Source: a virus (Duplodnaviria; Caudoviricetes). From it: a stretch of 64,000 nt of DNA. A program made the position numbers and the translations under genes. The number at the start of each line of letters is the position of its first letter. Position 1 is the stretch's first letter. The notes beneath the pieces were generated by a model. It had not been told where the DNA came from and made no database searches. It saw only the letters and a list, made by a program, of their open reading frames with translations. The stretch lies in IMG/VR virus record IMGVR_UViG_3300029928_000003; one strand, 5' to 3'. Shown here in pieces: positions 39,698 through 49,632 of this stretch.

Positions 39698-40383
39698 TGT
39701 ATAGGTTTATATGATTTATTATGAATTTTTCTATTCCAATTACTTTTAGCATCTAATATCTAATCCATTTGATTTTGATTAAGATATTCTGTAACCCTTG
39801 CTTGATCGCACTATGTTATCCACTATGATTTTAAAGTGTTAGCTACAGAAATAATTGTAGCATTATTAGTGGCAATTCCTTCTTTATATTTAGTTACATA
39901 GGCGCAATAAGTTGCAATAGCTAAAGCTTCTTTATCTGTTAATTCTGGCAAGCCATTATCATCCAATATTACTCCTTTATATAGAATATTAATCTACCCA
40001 TAAGGCTCATTAAAATAAAGAGTATCTCCAACTCTTTCATATTTTATATATTTGCCCCCTTGATATAAGGGGTGTTTAAATCCTTTTCTACTTTCTATAT
40101 AAGATTCAGTATAAGCAGAAGTAATATCTCCATCTGGTAAAGTATTAGTTACATGATTCCAATCTTCCCAACCTGTAGTAACTGCTTCTATAATATCTGC
40201 ATTACAAGGTAGATTAATTGGGGTATTACAATCATTTACGCATACTTTATATTGATAAAGTTTATATCTTTTATTTCCTATAAGATTCCAGGAAACCAAA
40301 CCAATCTCTTCAAAAACATCTTCTGGCATTGTAATACCATATAATGTTTCCATTAAAGTTTCAGCATAATAGAAATTATTCAT
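39694..40383 (-). CDS. Tail tubular/ring protein, 229 aa; TAG=Gln
   Basis: Extends the 129-aa fragment through TAG (ILYKGVILDDNGLPEL...AIATYCAY). TGA overlaps the next ATG. Crassvirales tail synteny. Confidence 0.7.
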
Positions 40384-41075
40384 CCTGCAGTATATTGTTG
40401 ATCGTTAGGTAAATTATTTGGAGCTTGTATTCTATAATAATTTACTTTTTTAATAGTTAATCTTTTTTTAACTTCATTATCTATAAAACTTATATTGTTA
40501 TCAGATAATGAATTGCAACTAGCACAATTCTTTAATTCCTAAAGCTGTCTAGGATCTTTAAATATTGCTGTAATAGATACTGATTTTAATAATGGGGCGT
40601 TGAATACAAAGCAATCATTCATTCCATTTTCATTAGGGGTTGAATCTATCCATACGTATGGTTTATTTTTACCTCTTTTACGATACTTATGTAATCTAAA
40701 AGATTGTGCAGAAGTATAATATATAAAAGGCAATTGTCTATCACTTGATCCTATATAATCAATAGATTTTAAACCATAATCATTAAGTAGTTGTGGTATT
40801 TCAAAATGCGCCGTTGGAGTTAAATCAATATCAGAATTACACTTACATCTTTCAATATCTTTGCAATCTATAGGTATACAATTTATAGATATATATAAAT
40901 CTTTAGCAGGTAATATTCCTTTTATAGAATATTCCTTGATTACCTATAAACGTTCATCTACTATATCTTGTTCTAATTGCTCCATTGAAAGGCTAAAGTT
41001 TGTGTGATACCCCCGTAACCCTCCAATAATATCATTATATATAGCAGAAGCTAACTTCTGAATTTGAGTCCACAT
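40380..41075 (-). CDS. Tail ring/structural protein, 231 aa; TAG=Gln
   Basis: MWTQIQKLASAIYNDIIGGLRGYH...SITAIFKDPRQL...PNDQQYTAG, ending in TGA. Confidence 0.72.
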
Positions 41076-41087
41076 AATATTAAAAGT

Positions 41088-41118
41088 AAAAAAGGCGAAG
41101 GCTTCAAGCCCTCGCCTT
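41088..41118 (-). terminator. Rho-independent terminator
   Basis: AAGGCGAAGGCT-TCA-AGCCCTCGCCTT hairpin with a T run on the minus strand, after the 333-aa gene. Confidence 0.75.
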
Positions 41119-41139
41119 CATTATAATATTGATTAATTA

Positions 41140-42141
41140 TTATTCGCCATCTTCATGAGTATCCTTTTGATCTGAATTTGCTTTCTTTTCCGCAGGAACT
41201 TTTACAATTCCGGCATCAGGAGCAATTACAGTCAACCCATTTTCAAAATCTGATGCAACTGCTTGATTTACAAAGAATACATGAGTAGTAAGAGATTTAG
41301 TAACTTCACCAACTGCATCACCACCCATAATACCACGATTAACGCAATAACGAACTACATATTCATTATATTTTGCCCCAAGAACAGGAGCTTCATCTGC
41401 GTTAACTGCACCATAAGAAAGACGAGCGGCGGTAGGAAGACGAAGATTCTTCAAAATATATTGATAAGTACCGAAGCCTTCAACACCTTGTTCAATCTTG
41501 AATTGTTCGTCATAATCAGGATTCTTAGTTTTACCGTCTTCAAGATATTGCATAGTAGTAGGAAGTGCCGATTTAACAACTTCAAAACCGCCAAAAATAG
41601 GACAAGTATCTTTCTTAACAAATTCTTCAATATCCATACGAGTAAAACGTTGATATTCATCAGCACCCTTAATAGTTACAACTGCACCAGAAACACTTAC
41701 TTTTACAAACTCTTTCTCATAAACAGTAAGCATAAACTTCTTAGTCATTTTCTTGATACGTTCTGCAACTTTGTCGGCGGTTTCGCCTTTTTTCCAAATA
41801 AACTCAATATAGAAAGGACGGCCTTTAAATACTAAGTCATTTGCATAGTAAGAATTAGCTGAATCCGAAAGACGAATGTACATTGCGATACGGAAAAGCT
41901 TATCTTCATCAATAGGGGCGGTTAATGCACCAAGATTAAGAGTTGCTTCAGGAACTTTAGGTTCAGTATATTCAGCTTTAGTAATTGAAACCACATTGGG
42001 CTTTAAGAACTTAAGATGACGTTTAATATTAAAGCTGGCGACATTTCCGTCTTTAGCTTCCTGTGAACTCCACAGGGGAGTTTCACCAGTTGAGTAATCT
42101 TGATTTGCGTTGATTACTGTAGTTGTTGTAAATTGAAACAT
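41140..42141 (-). CDS. Abundant virion structural protein (auxiliary capsid protein-like), 333 aa
   Basis: Intact ORF with no TAG and its own terminator; third gene downstream of MCP, as in the crAss head module. Confidence 0.75.
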   Translation of the reverse strand: MFQFTTTTVINANQDYSTGETPLWSSQEAKDGNVASFNIKRHLKFLKPNVVSITKAEYTEPKVPEATLNLGALTAPIDEDKLFRIAMYIRLSDSANSYYANDLVFKGRPFYIEFIWKKGETADKVAERIKKMTKKFMLTVYEKEFVKVSVSGAVVTIKGADEYQRFTRMDIEEFVKKDTCPIFGGFEVVKSALPTTMQYLEDGKTKNPDYDEQFKIEQGVEGFGTYQYILKNLRLPTAARLSYGAVNADEAPVLGAKYNEYVVRYCVNRGIMGGDAVGEVTKSLTTHVFFVNQAVASDFENGLTVIAPDAGIVKVPAEKKANSDQKDTHEDGE

Positions 42142-42149
42142 AATTAAAA

Positions 42150-43097
42150 TTATTTAGTTGTACTCTATTGCTGAACTGGATTTGCAATAGTTTGTGTTAC
42201 TGCACTGTGTGTTTGTAATCTAGGATCTGCGGTATTTTCCATTACCAATGTTACCAGTTCATTTATTATCTCTTGACATACATAGTCTGGAAATTCCATA
42301 ATCTATGAAGTGTCTTCTGTAAGATCTACCTATTGCTAGGTAAGTCTAATTGTTTGTGGAGCTTTTATATAATCAATAAGTACGTGTTTTAATGCAAAAA
42401 TACTATCATCTTTGCCGTACCGAATTTCACATCTAACTTTCGATGTATTACCATATCTTACTGCAGCTTCTTTTTCTACTAAACTACTTTTATGACCATT
42501 ATTACCAATAATTACTCGGTCTAAGTTTGTATTATTACCTTCAGTCTTTTGTACCGTATCAGGCACCTAACCTACTTCTACATTATAAACTCCATTCATA
42601 TCCGTATCAGGATTTGTAGGAATTTTAGTATTAGTATTTACATTATGTAAATAGTAGTAAGGTCTTTCTGGAAGCGGCCTATTATAAAAATCATTTACTA
42701 TAACTGACCAAGCGTCGGCTGTTAATCGTTTAGCAGCAAATTCAACTATGTCTCCTTTATTATAGCATTTATAATTTTGATTTAATTCATAGACACATAT
42801 ACAATTAAGCATGTGTAAATAATCAGTGGGTAAATCAAATTCATAAGTTGCTTTAAATAAGGGTTGAATAGTAGTGCCGTATTTAGTTGTATGAGTAGGA
42901 TCAATTACTGCAGTAGCTTTTAATACACGAAGATCATCAGTTGTTTGCTAATTGACATCGTAGATGTTATAGCGTTTATTTATATATTGATTAATCGCTT
43001 TATTAATAAAATAATTAAAGTCTTGTAAGAGCATACTTGGGGCATGAACCTTACTAAGCTCCGTTAGCAATCCTTCAAATACCTATCTAGATGTCAT
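42150..43097 (-). CDS. Head-tail ring protein, 315 aa; TAG=Gln
   Basis: MTSRQVFEGLLTELSK...FNYFINKAINQYIN...TTDDLRVL...FDLPTDYLH...DYIKAP...MEFPDYVCQEII. Joins fragments 42812 and 42566. Confidence 0.8.
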
Positions 43098-43120
43098 AAT
43101 TAATCAATTTATTATTAAAT

Positions 43121-43972
43121 TTATTGTTTATCAATGACTAAATCAGGAAAAGTATCCTTTTTCATCATTTCAACTACTTGTTGATTGCTAGGAGATTTCA
43201 TCCATTCTACTGCGGCTTCTTCTGTAGCCCCAATAGGTCTTGTACCATAAAGATACATTTTATTTTTTATAGTAACAATCTTTTTATCCTTAGCTGTTAC
43301 TAATAATAATCTGAGGTCATTATCGTCTCCAGTATAAAGTTTAATAATTCTCTCTGGATCTTTTTCTGCAACAGTAAGTAGATAATCTTCTACATCTGCT
43401 GTGGGCATATTAGTCATGTGCTTACCAAGCAGTTTAGCAATCATTAATCGTCCATCGGCACCCTTTGGATCATTAGTAATAAAGTTACAAGCTTCCAAAA
43501 CTTTCTTCTTTCTAGATACGCGTCTTTGTGTTTCTATACCAGGACGGTCAATATAAAGTTCAGCTATACCATAACGACGATGTTTCCATTCTTTACGATT
43601 CATCGTGCCGTGAATCATATATGTACCATCACTATTTTTAGCTGTAAGTTCTGGTGCAATAAGAGGGCAATTCTTAATTGCCTCCCAAGTAGCGGCATCT
43701 TCAGGATTCTTTAAATCAAAAATCTTACCATCTGTAATTACAAATACCGCTGTCTCTGGGAAGAATATTTTCTTCTTGCTTGCATAATCATTCTTCTCAG
43801 CATCGCTGAGAATCATATCTCCATGAGAATCTACTTTCTTTACACACTCGGGATATCTACCTAGTTTATCTTTACAAGGTTGAATGAAGTATTTCATCCC
43901 AACTTTACCATAAACACTTCTTAGAATTATTTTATCATTAAAAATTAAATCAGTTTGTGTTACTTTAGTCAT
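43121..43972 (-). CDS. Conserved crAss-like protein immediately downstream of MCP, 283 aa
   Basis: Intact ORF; synteny with the Crassvirales head module. Confidence 0.75.
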   Translation of the reverse strand: MTKVTQTDLIFNDKIILRSVYGKVGMKYFIQPCKDKLGRYPECVKKVDSHGDMILSDAEKNDYASKKKIFFPETAVFVITDGKIFDLKNPEDAATWEAIKNCPLIAPELTAKNSDGTYMIHGTMNRKEWKHRRYGIAELYIDRPGIETQRRVSRKKKVLEACNFITNDPKGADGRLMIAKLLGKHMTNMPTADVEDYLLTVAEKDPERIIKLYTGDDNDLRLLLVTAKDKKIVTIKNKMYLYGTRPIGATEEAAVEWMKSPSNQQVVEMMKKDTFPDLVIDKQ

Positions 43973-43990
43973 ATTAATTCATATTATCAT

Positions 43991-44030
43991 AAAAATAAAA
44001 TGAGGGGAGGGTATTAAGGCTCCCCTCATT
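43991..44030 (-). terminator. Rho-independent terminator after the MCP gene
   Basis: AATGAGGGGAG/CTCCCCTCATT stem with a U-rich tail, about 15 nt after the MCP stop. Confidence 0.75.
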
Positions 44031-44045
44031 AATCTAAAATCTGTA

Positions 44046-47000
44046 TTAAGCTTGTCTTAAAATAAAGCTTCTGTAAGGCGCAAATACGCCTATTCCGGCA
44101 TCAATACATAAGTATTAGTAGACTATATCTTTAATTTAATCCAAATATTTATATCGAAATCCCTTCGCAAATTCATCTCTTCCTTGTAATACATGAATCA
44201 TTCCAGATCCATTAATTCTTTTACATTCTGTTAAGGATTTATATTTTTCTAATAAATTCCAATTTTTATCAAATTTCCCAACTGGGCGAGATTTTCCATT
44301 TTTTGGACATATTGAAGGCATCTTATCTAATTTTTCAAAACTCCATTGAAAATTTCCAGCAGTACGTTTTAATTTAATTGCAGTATATATATTGCTTGTT
44401 ATTCCAAGGGCTTTCTTTGCCTAAGTCATATTAGGATAAGAAGCAATATAATTTCCATTTAAATCATACTAATATACTTCAAATGATTGGACGGACTCGC
44501 TTCTTGATGTACTGTATTTTTGGGAATAGGTTATTGTAAAATATTTATTCTTACAAATTCCACCAGTTTTGATAGCAACTGAAAGATTAGAGCTATTAAT
44601 TTTTAAAATTTCAGAAGCTTTCTTTATAGATTCATAACAGCATTCAAAATTTCCATCAAGTCCATACTAAAATACTGGAATTTTACTATGGCCTTCATAT
44701 TGATGCATTTTAGATAAATCTAATTTGTCGTATTTTGTTTTAGTCCAAAAAAATCCACAACATTTATGTTTGTTTATCAAAGCTCTTTGTATTGATTTTA
44801 AGTTTCTATTAATTTCAATAGAAGCTCTTAATATTGACTAATGTTCTTTTAAAAAATTTCCATCAGCATCATACTAATATACTTTGATTCTCTGTAAAAT
44901 CTATCCCCCAACTTTACCTCCTAACGCCATATTATATACATCATTCCGTTTTAGAAACTCTTCCGTTACTATATTAGCTTCTAAATCGAAAGCATCTTCT
45001 TCATTATCAAATATAGCAATAGTATTCCTTATGAATTTATCAGGACCATATTTTTTTAAAGCATAATGAAATAAATTTTTACTATGCTAATACGTTGAAG
45101 GGCGATTCGCGTATGCACCACATCCCAGATACTAATCAAAATAATCTGGGTTAGTCATGTGTACTCCGATATAAATTTTTTTATTGATAGTATTTGTTGT
45201 ACAATATACTATCCATTTTAAATTATTATTCATTTCGATTATATTTTTAAATTAATATATCTACGGCGCACTGCCTAGTCGTTGAACTTTCTTATTATTA
45301 CTGCCTAAAGGCACTTAAATAATATTTAGCTGCTGATTGTCAAAAGAAATTATTTTTTAGCGATTCATAAAGATATTGTAGCATAATTTCCGTTTAGGTT
45401 TTCCAGCAATTAGAATATTTTTTAGATGGATCGTGCCGATTATTCAACCCATCATTATCAGCTTAGAACCTGCTACTGGAGAGCTAACTACTCCCGATTC
45501 TACTCCTGAAAGGCCGCCTACACCAGGATACTTTGATGTCATGATGTCTGCACCTTTAAGTGAGAACATAGCAATTGCGGGTTTACCGCTAGCAAGGTCT
45601 GCCGTTAAATCAATGCACATTCCATAACCCTTATCACCATATTCACGAGTAAATGTACGATCCACCGTAAATGTGATAGAGTTACCTGCAAATTCATAAG
45701 TCGAGAATGTTGCACCTACTTTTACGTAGTTATTTGCAGCTTTAGAATACATATAAGTACCATCTGTCTTGAAATCAGCCAGATAATGACCTAATGTATA
45801 TTGAATATCATTCCACAATTTTTCATTGCAAATGAACATATAGTGATTTCCAGTAGCTTTTTCAGCCTTCTCGTTCATTGTCTGCATTATTGTGTGGAAT
45901 ACCTCAACAGTAGGCTTATCGTTATATACATACTTAGATGCAAAACGTTCTACTTGAGGGATCAATCCGTCGCCAATATAAATCAATTTTGTTAGTCATT
46001 AAGTTTCCTTAATGTTCAGACTATATCTTTAACTTAATCAATATATTTAAAAATATACCCACCTGTTGTTTTTCTTGTACCATTACATACTTTTCGACAA
46101 GCTGGAAATTCTTTTTGACATGCAGAAATCGTATCCCAAATCTTTATAAGATTTCCATCTTTATCATATTGAGCTATTTTAATAGGAGTTAATTGTCTTT
46201 CTTTATAAATTGGAATTATATTATCTTTTTCATAACTCCATTTGTACTCAGAACAACAAGATTCATTTTTGATAGCTCTTATTATATTTCCAGTACTTGT
46301 ATTATTTTGTCTAGCTGCTCAGATAAAGATTCATATTCTTTATCAAATTCTCCAGTTTTTAAGTACCTGTAAACAACAGTTTGATTTCTCAATTTTCTAG
46401 AATTAATATTATTAATAACTTCATTTATATCATCATTAGAGTGTAGAAAATAATAACCGCTATATTTATGCTTTTCGTAAATTGCACTATTAATAGCTTT
46501 AAAATCTAAGTCCAATTTTTGGGAAGTTTCTTTAGCAGTCCTAAAAGAATTTAATAACATTCCTTCAGAATTATATTGAAATACTGCTTCTCTAGCACTT
46601 AATCGGTATTCTTCTATATTTATTGCATCAGACTCAGACCAATAATTATTATTAAAACTTCTTTTATCATTAATACACATTATTATTCTGTCCTTATTAC
46701 AATTAAAAGTTTTAGTAATACTTATAATAGAATCCCATTTTTTAATAAGATTTCCATCAAAATCAAATTGATAAATTATTTTAGATCGGGTTGGAGAGAT
46801 AAATCCTCCCAAAGTCATATTATAAGTATCTTCTCTTTTAATAAAGCTTTCATTAACTAATTCTGCTTCTAATTTAAATGCTCCCTCTGCAGAATCAAAA
46901 ACTTTAAAAGTTTTTCTAATAAAATTTTTAGGACCATATTTTAAAATAGCATTATGTAAATGATATTTAGTTTTATTATAACTTGATGGTTTATTAGCGT

Positions 47001-49611
47001 AAGCACCACATCCTAAATACCCATCGAATACATCAGGATCTTCTGTTTTGTGCACTCCAATATAAATTTTATTATTAATTTTATTAATTGTTTGATATAC
47101 TATATATTTCATAATATTGTTAAGTTAGTTCCCATTTCCACTAAAAAGTGTACGATTAAATAATCTAGTCGTTAAACCTCTATCTCAACTACCTATTGGC
47201 CTGTTATATGAGATATTTGGCTGCTGATTGCCATATCCGTAGATTTAGGTTTCCAGCAATTAAAGAACTTTATTTGTATAAGCCTCTCGACTTACCGACC
47301 CGTTTATTAAGCGGCGAAACTTAGTAAAAATTCAGGTCTACCAGTATCTGGATCACAGATTGTGGCCTTACCATTAGCGTCAATATTAGTTTTATTGAAT
47401 AACAAACCCTGGTTACGCGAAACAAGGAAGTTATCAAGGAGTTCTTTCTCCTTCTTATTCATTTTATAGATTGTTTCACTAAGACAACCTTGATTCTTGC
47501 CTTCTGCAATGCTTACAAATACATCTTCATGAGCAGCATAAAGCGAAGACCACGAGATATCATTACGGAATGTAGTAATATAATTGCGATGCTTCTCAAT
47601 ATTGCTTTGGCTCTTAACGTACCCTTCTTCAGAAAGTTCGGGCATTGCATTAGACTAGAATCTTGTAGTCATACCGACCTAACATCCTGATAAATCAAGT
47701 TCAGATGAATAATCATTATCAATTAAGCGAACAACTACCTCCCAGTAATCCATTTTATAGACTATATCATTTATTAATTTTAATTATATTGTCTTTAAAG
47801 TATTTATTACCTTGTAATAAATCTTTAATATTCTTTTTAGATAAATCATAATCTTTTTGTAAATCTTCAAGATTACTATATTTTTTTATAAAGTTACCAT
47901 ATTTATCATATACACTTATACCCTTATTAGTACATTGTGGCTCTAAATAAATATAGAAATCTTGATACTTATTATGATATTCTTCAAATATCTTACTTAT
48001 TTTGTTCCAAGAATGTAATTTAATTATCTTCATTAATTCTTTTCCTTTGCACTTTGTAATAAAATTCATATCAGAATCATATACATAAAATTCTGCACTT
48101 TTATACCTAGTCCTAGGTTTAGAATAGAATAGATCACACATTTTGGTAGAAACAAAATATTCATTATCTATAAGATTTTGAGATACTATATATTTCATTA
48201 ATTCTTTAATATCTAATTTAAGATATTTAGCGCAACTAAGTTTGGAATTAAATTCTCTTAATAGTTTACCATTCTTACTATATACATAATAATAATTAGA
48301 ATAAGTTTTATTTATAAATTCATTCAGTTTTATTTTATTATTAGTACTCCAATACGAATCTAGAAATAACACTTTACTATTAACCGCTGATTGAAATTTA
48401 AATGCAGAATAACCATAAAAAGATTCTGCTTCTCTGTAATTAGTCCATTTTTTAACTAATAGTCCTTCTTTATTGAATTGATAAATAGGAATATTTACGT
48501 GATCAATAAAAGTATTAAAAGTTCTAGCAGATTTAATAAAGTCTTTATTTAATAATTGATCTAATTTATTATATGCTTCTTGTTCATTATCATAAACATA
48601 TAGTACAACTCTTTTAAATTCTTTTGAACCGTATTTCTTAACTGCACATTGTAAAGGCGTTTTCGGGTATTTAAAACTAGAATTGGAATTAATCCAACAC
48701 CCTGCACCTATATAACCATCAAACTTATCTGGGTTTTCTGTTTTATGCACTCCTAAATAAATACGATTATCTCTTAAAGAGATAGTTAAAAAGACAATAT
48801 ATTTCATTTAATAATTCAGTTTTTTAATTTATTAATTTATAGGTTTCCCTTAGTCGTTGAACATTTCTATATAATATAGATATGCTGCTGATTATCAATT
48901 TGACTTTCCAGCAATTTAAAGAATTTATTTTAAAGCGAGACAATTAACTGGGTTGTTTATCACGCTTTCTGGTAGGCCTACTAACTACTATGCACTGTTG
49001 CATTGTTGCATCAATTTTAAAGATATCATACTTCTCATAGTAGCGTTCCTTAAATGCCATTACAATTTCGCCGCCATTCTCACCAGTTTCCTGGGGAACA
49101 TCTGCGAATTCAATACGTTTAATAAAGTTAGTTTCTACTTCCCATTCAAACATCATTGAATCTACTGATTGGAACTTATTTGCTCCCTTTACATCATTAT
49201 AGAAGATATTCTTTAATGATTCAGTAAGATATGTAGCGGTGTTTTCAGGATAAAGGCGTGATACTACGCCAAGCTTATGAGGGCGTGCGCCCAAGAACTT
49301 ATAGAAATCTTCATAAGTTCTAGTTTCTGACATCGTAGGTCTATTCAATATTGTTATCCTGTATCTTTTTAATTATACAGTTCTATTAGTTTACCATCCT
49401 AATAGTTCAGACTATATCTTCTATCTTCCGCGCTCGTGTCAATATTATTGATTGAGCTATCTCAATTGTTAGTCGTTGAACCTATTTCTTACTTCTATGC
49501 TCTTCAGAAAGTTGGCTGCTGATTACCCAAGAAATTATGAGGGAGGGTTTCCAGCAGTTCACGGAATTTAACGTCACCAAATAGCTCAGTGACAAAATTT
49601 GCAACTATCAT
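44046..49611 (-). CDS. Major capsid protein (HK97-fold, crAss type), 473 aa after splicing. Exons 49611-49588, 49345-48959, 47750-47334, 45983-45446 and 44101-44046.
   Basis: Spliced product MIVANFVT|NRPTMSETRTYEDF...RKRD|DYWEVVVRL...DPDTGRP|IYIGDGLIPQ...KLIMMG|YAGIGVFAPYRSFILRQA. Exon lengths 24+387+417+538+56=1422 nt. Two TAG(Gln) codons in exon 3. Lies between a scaffold-like gene and a terminator. Confidence 0.93.
44102..45445 (-). mobile_element. Group I intron 4 of MCP (1344 nt, phase 1) with a homing endonuclease ORF
   Basis: P1 GAUGGGUU/GAUCCAUC (U.G); P10 UCGGCA/UGCCGG. Core: P AAUUGCUGGAAA, Q AAUCAGCAGC, R GUUCAACGACUA, S AAGAUAUAGUC. Omega-G at 44102. Confidence 0.92.
44136..45233 (-). 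CDS. Intron-encoded GIY-YIG (Seg-like) homing endonuclease with NUMOD1-type repeats, 365 aa; TAG=Gln
   Basis: MNNNLKWIVYCTTNTINKKIYIGVH...YLGCG...YNMALGG followed by repeated VYQYD..GNF modules. At least eight in-frame TAG codons; ends at TAA. Confidence 0.87.
45984..47333 (-). mobile_element. Group I intron 3 of MCP (1350 nt) with a homing endonuclease ORF in P8
   Basis: P1 GACCU/GGGUC (U.G). P/Q/R/S elements present. P8 AACUUAA/UUAAGUU; P9 CAUUAAG-GAAA-CUUAAUG. Omega-G at 45984. Confidence 0.92.
46034..47112 (-). pseudogene. GIY-YIG/NUMOD1 homing endonuclease, apparently frameshifted near 46320 (the first frame 47112-46282 gives 276 aa)
   Basis: N-terminus MKYIVYQTINKINNKIYIGVHKT...YNMTLGG. 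After YESLS the domain continues in another frame as AARQNNTSTGNIIRAIK...IAQYDKDGNLIKIWDTI...GGYIFKYID, ending at TAA 46036-46034. Confidence 0.75.
47751..48958 (-). mobile_element. Group I intron 2 of MCP (1208 nt) with a very reduced ribozyme core and a homing endonuclease ORF
   Basis: P1 AAAGCGUGAU/GUCUCGCUUU (U.G); P10 CCCAGU-UAAUU/GAUUACUGGG. Core: P AAUUGCUGGAAA, Q AAUCAGCAGC, R GUUCAACGACUA, S UGAUAUAGUC. Omega-G at 47751. Confidence 0.88.
47767..48807 (-). CDS. Intron-encoded GIY-YIG-like (Seg-like) endonuclease with NUMOD1-type repeats, 346 aa
   Basis: MKYIVFLTISLRDNRIYLGVHKT...FDGYIGAG, paralogous to the ORFs in introns 3 and 4. Repeated IYQF/YVYS/YVYD...G.(L/F)(V/I)K modules. The TGA stop overlaps the S element. 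Confidence 0.85.
   Translation of the reverse strand: MKYIVFLTISLRDNRIYLGVHKTENPDKFDGYIGAGCWINSNSSFKYPKTPLQCAVKKYGSKEFKRVVLYVYDNEQEAYNKLDQLLNKDFIKSARTFNTFIDHVNIPIYQFNKEGLLVKKWTNYREAESFYGYSAFKFQSAVNSKVLFLDSYWSTNNKIKLNEFINKTYSNYYYVYSKNGKLLREFNSKLSCAKYLKLDIKELMKYIVSQNLIDNEYFVSTKMCDLFYSKPRTRYKSAEFYVYDSDMNFITKCKGKELMKIIKLHSWNKISKIFEEYHNKYQDFYIYLEPQCTNKGISVYDKYGNFIKKYSNLEDLQKDYDLSKKNIKDLLQGNKYFKDNIIKINK
49346..49587 (-). mobile_element. Group I intron 1 of MCP (242 nt, no ORF), after codon 8
   Basis: P1 GUCACU/GGUGAC (U.G); P10 CUAUU/AAUAG. Core: P GAACUGCUGGAAA, Q AAUCAGCAGCC, R GGUUCAACGACUA, S AAGAUAUAGUC. Omega-G at 49346. Confidence 0.92.
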
Positions 49612-49632
49612 AATTTCTTATTTAAAATGTTC

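Noticed and set aside
1-41075. Massive pseudogenisation suggested by short scattered ORFs
   Set aside because: Fragments are in frame and interrupted only by TAG or by group I introns, and catalytic motifs are intact. This is recoding, not decay.
45444-49348. TTG-initiated ORFs at 49348 and 45986 (also 2621) as independent genes
   Set aside because: The TTG is the intron terminus ending in omega-G; these are exons of MCP and RNAP.
44110-49560. Repeated GACTATATC, AGTCGTTGAAC, GCTGCTGATT and TTCCAGCAATT as a CRISPR-like or dispersed repeat family
   Set aside because: They are the conserved S, R, Q and P elements of group I introns, with no repeat-spacer periodicity.
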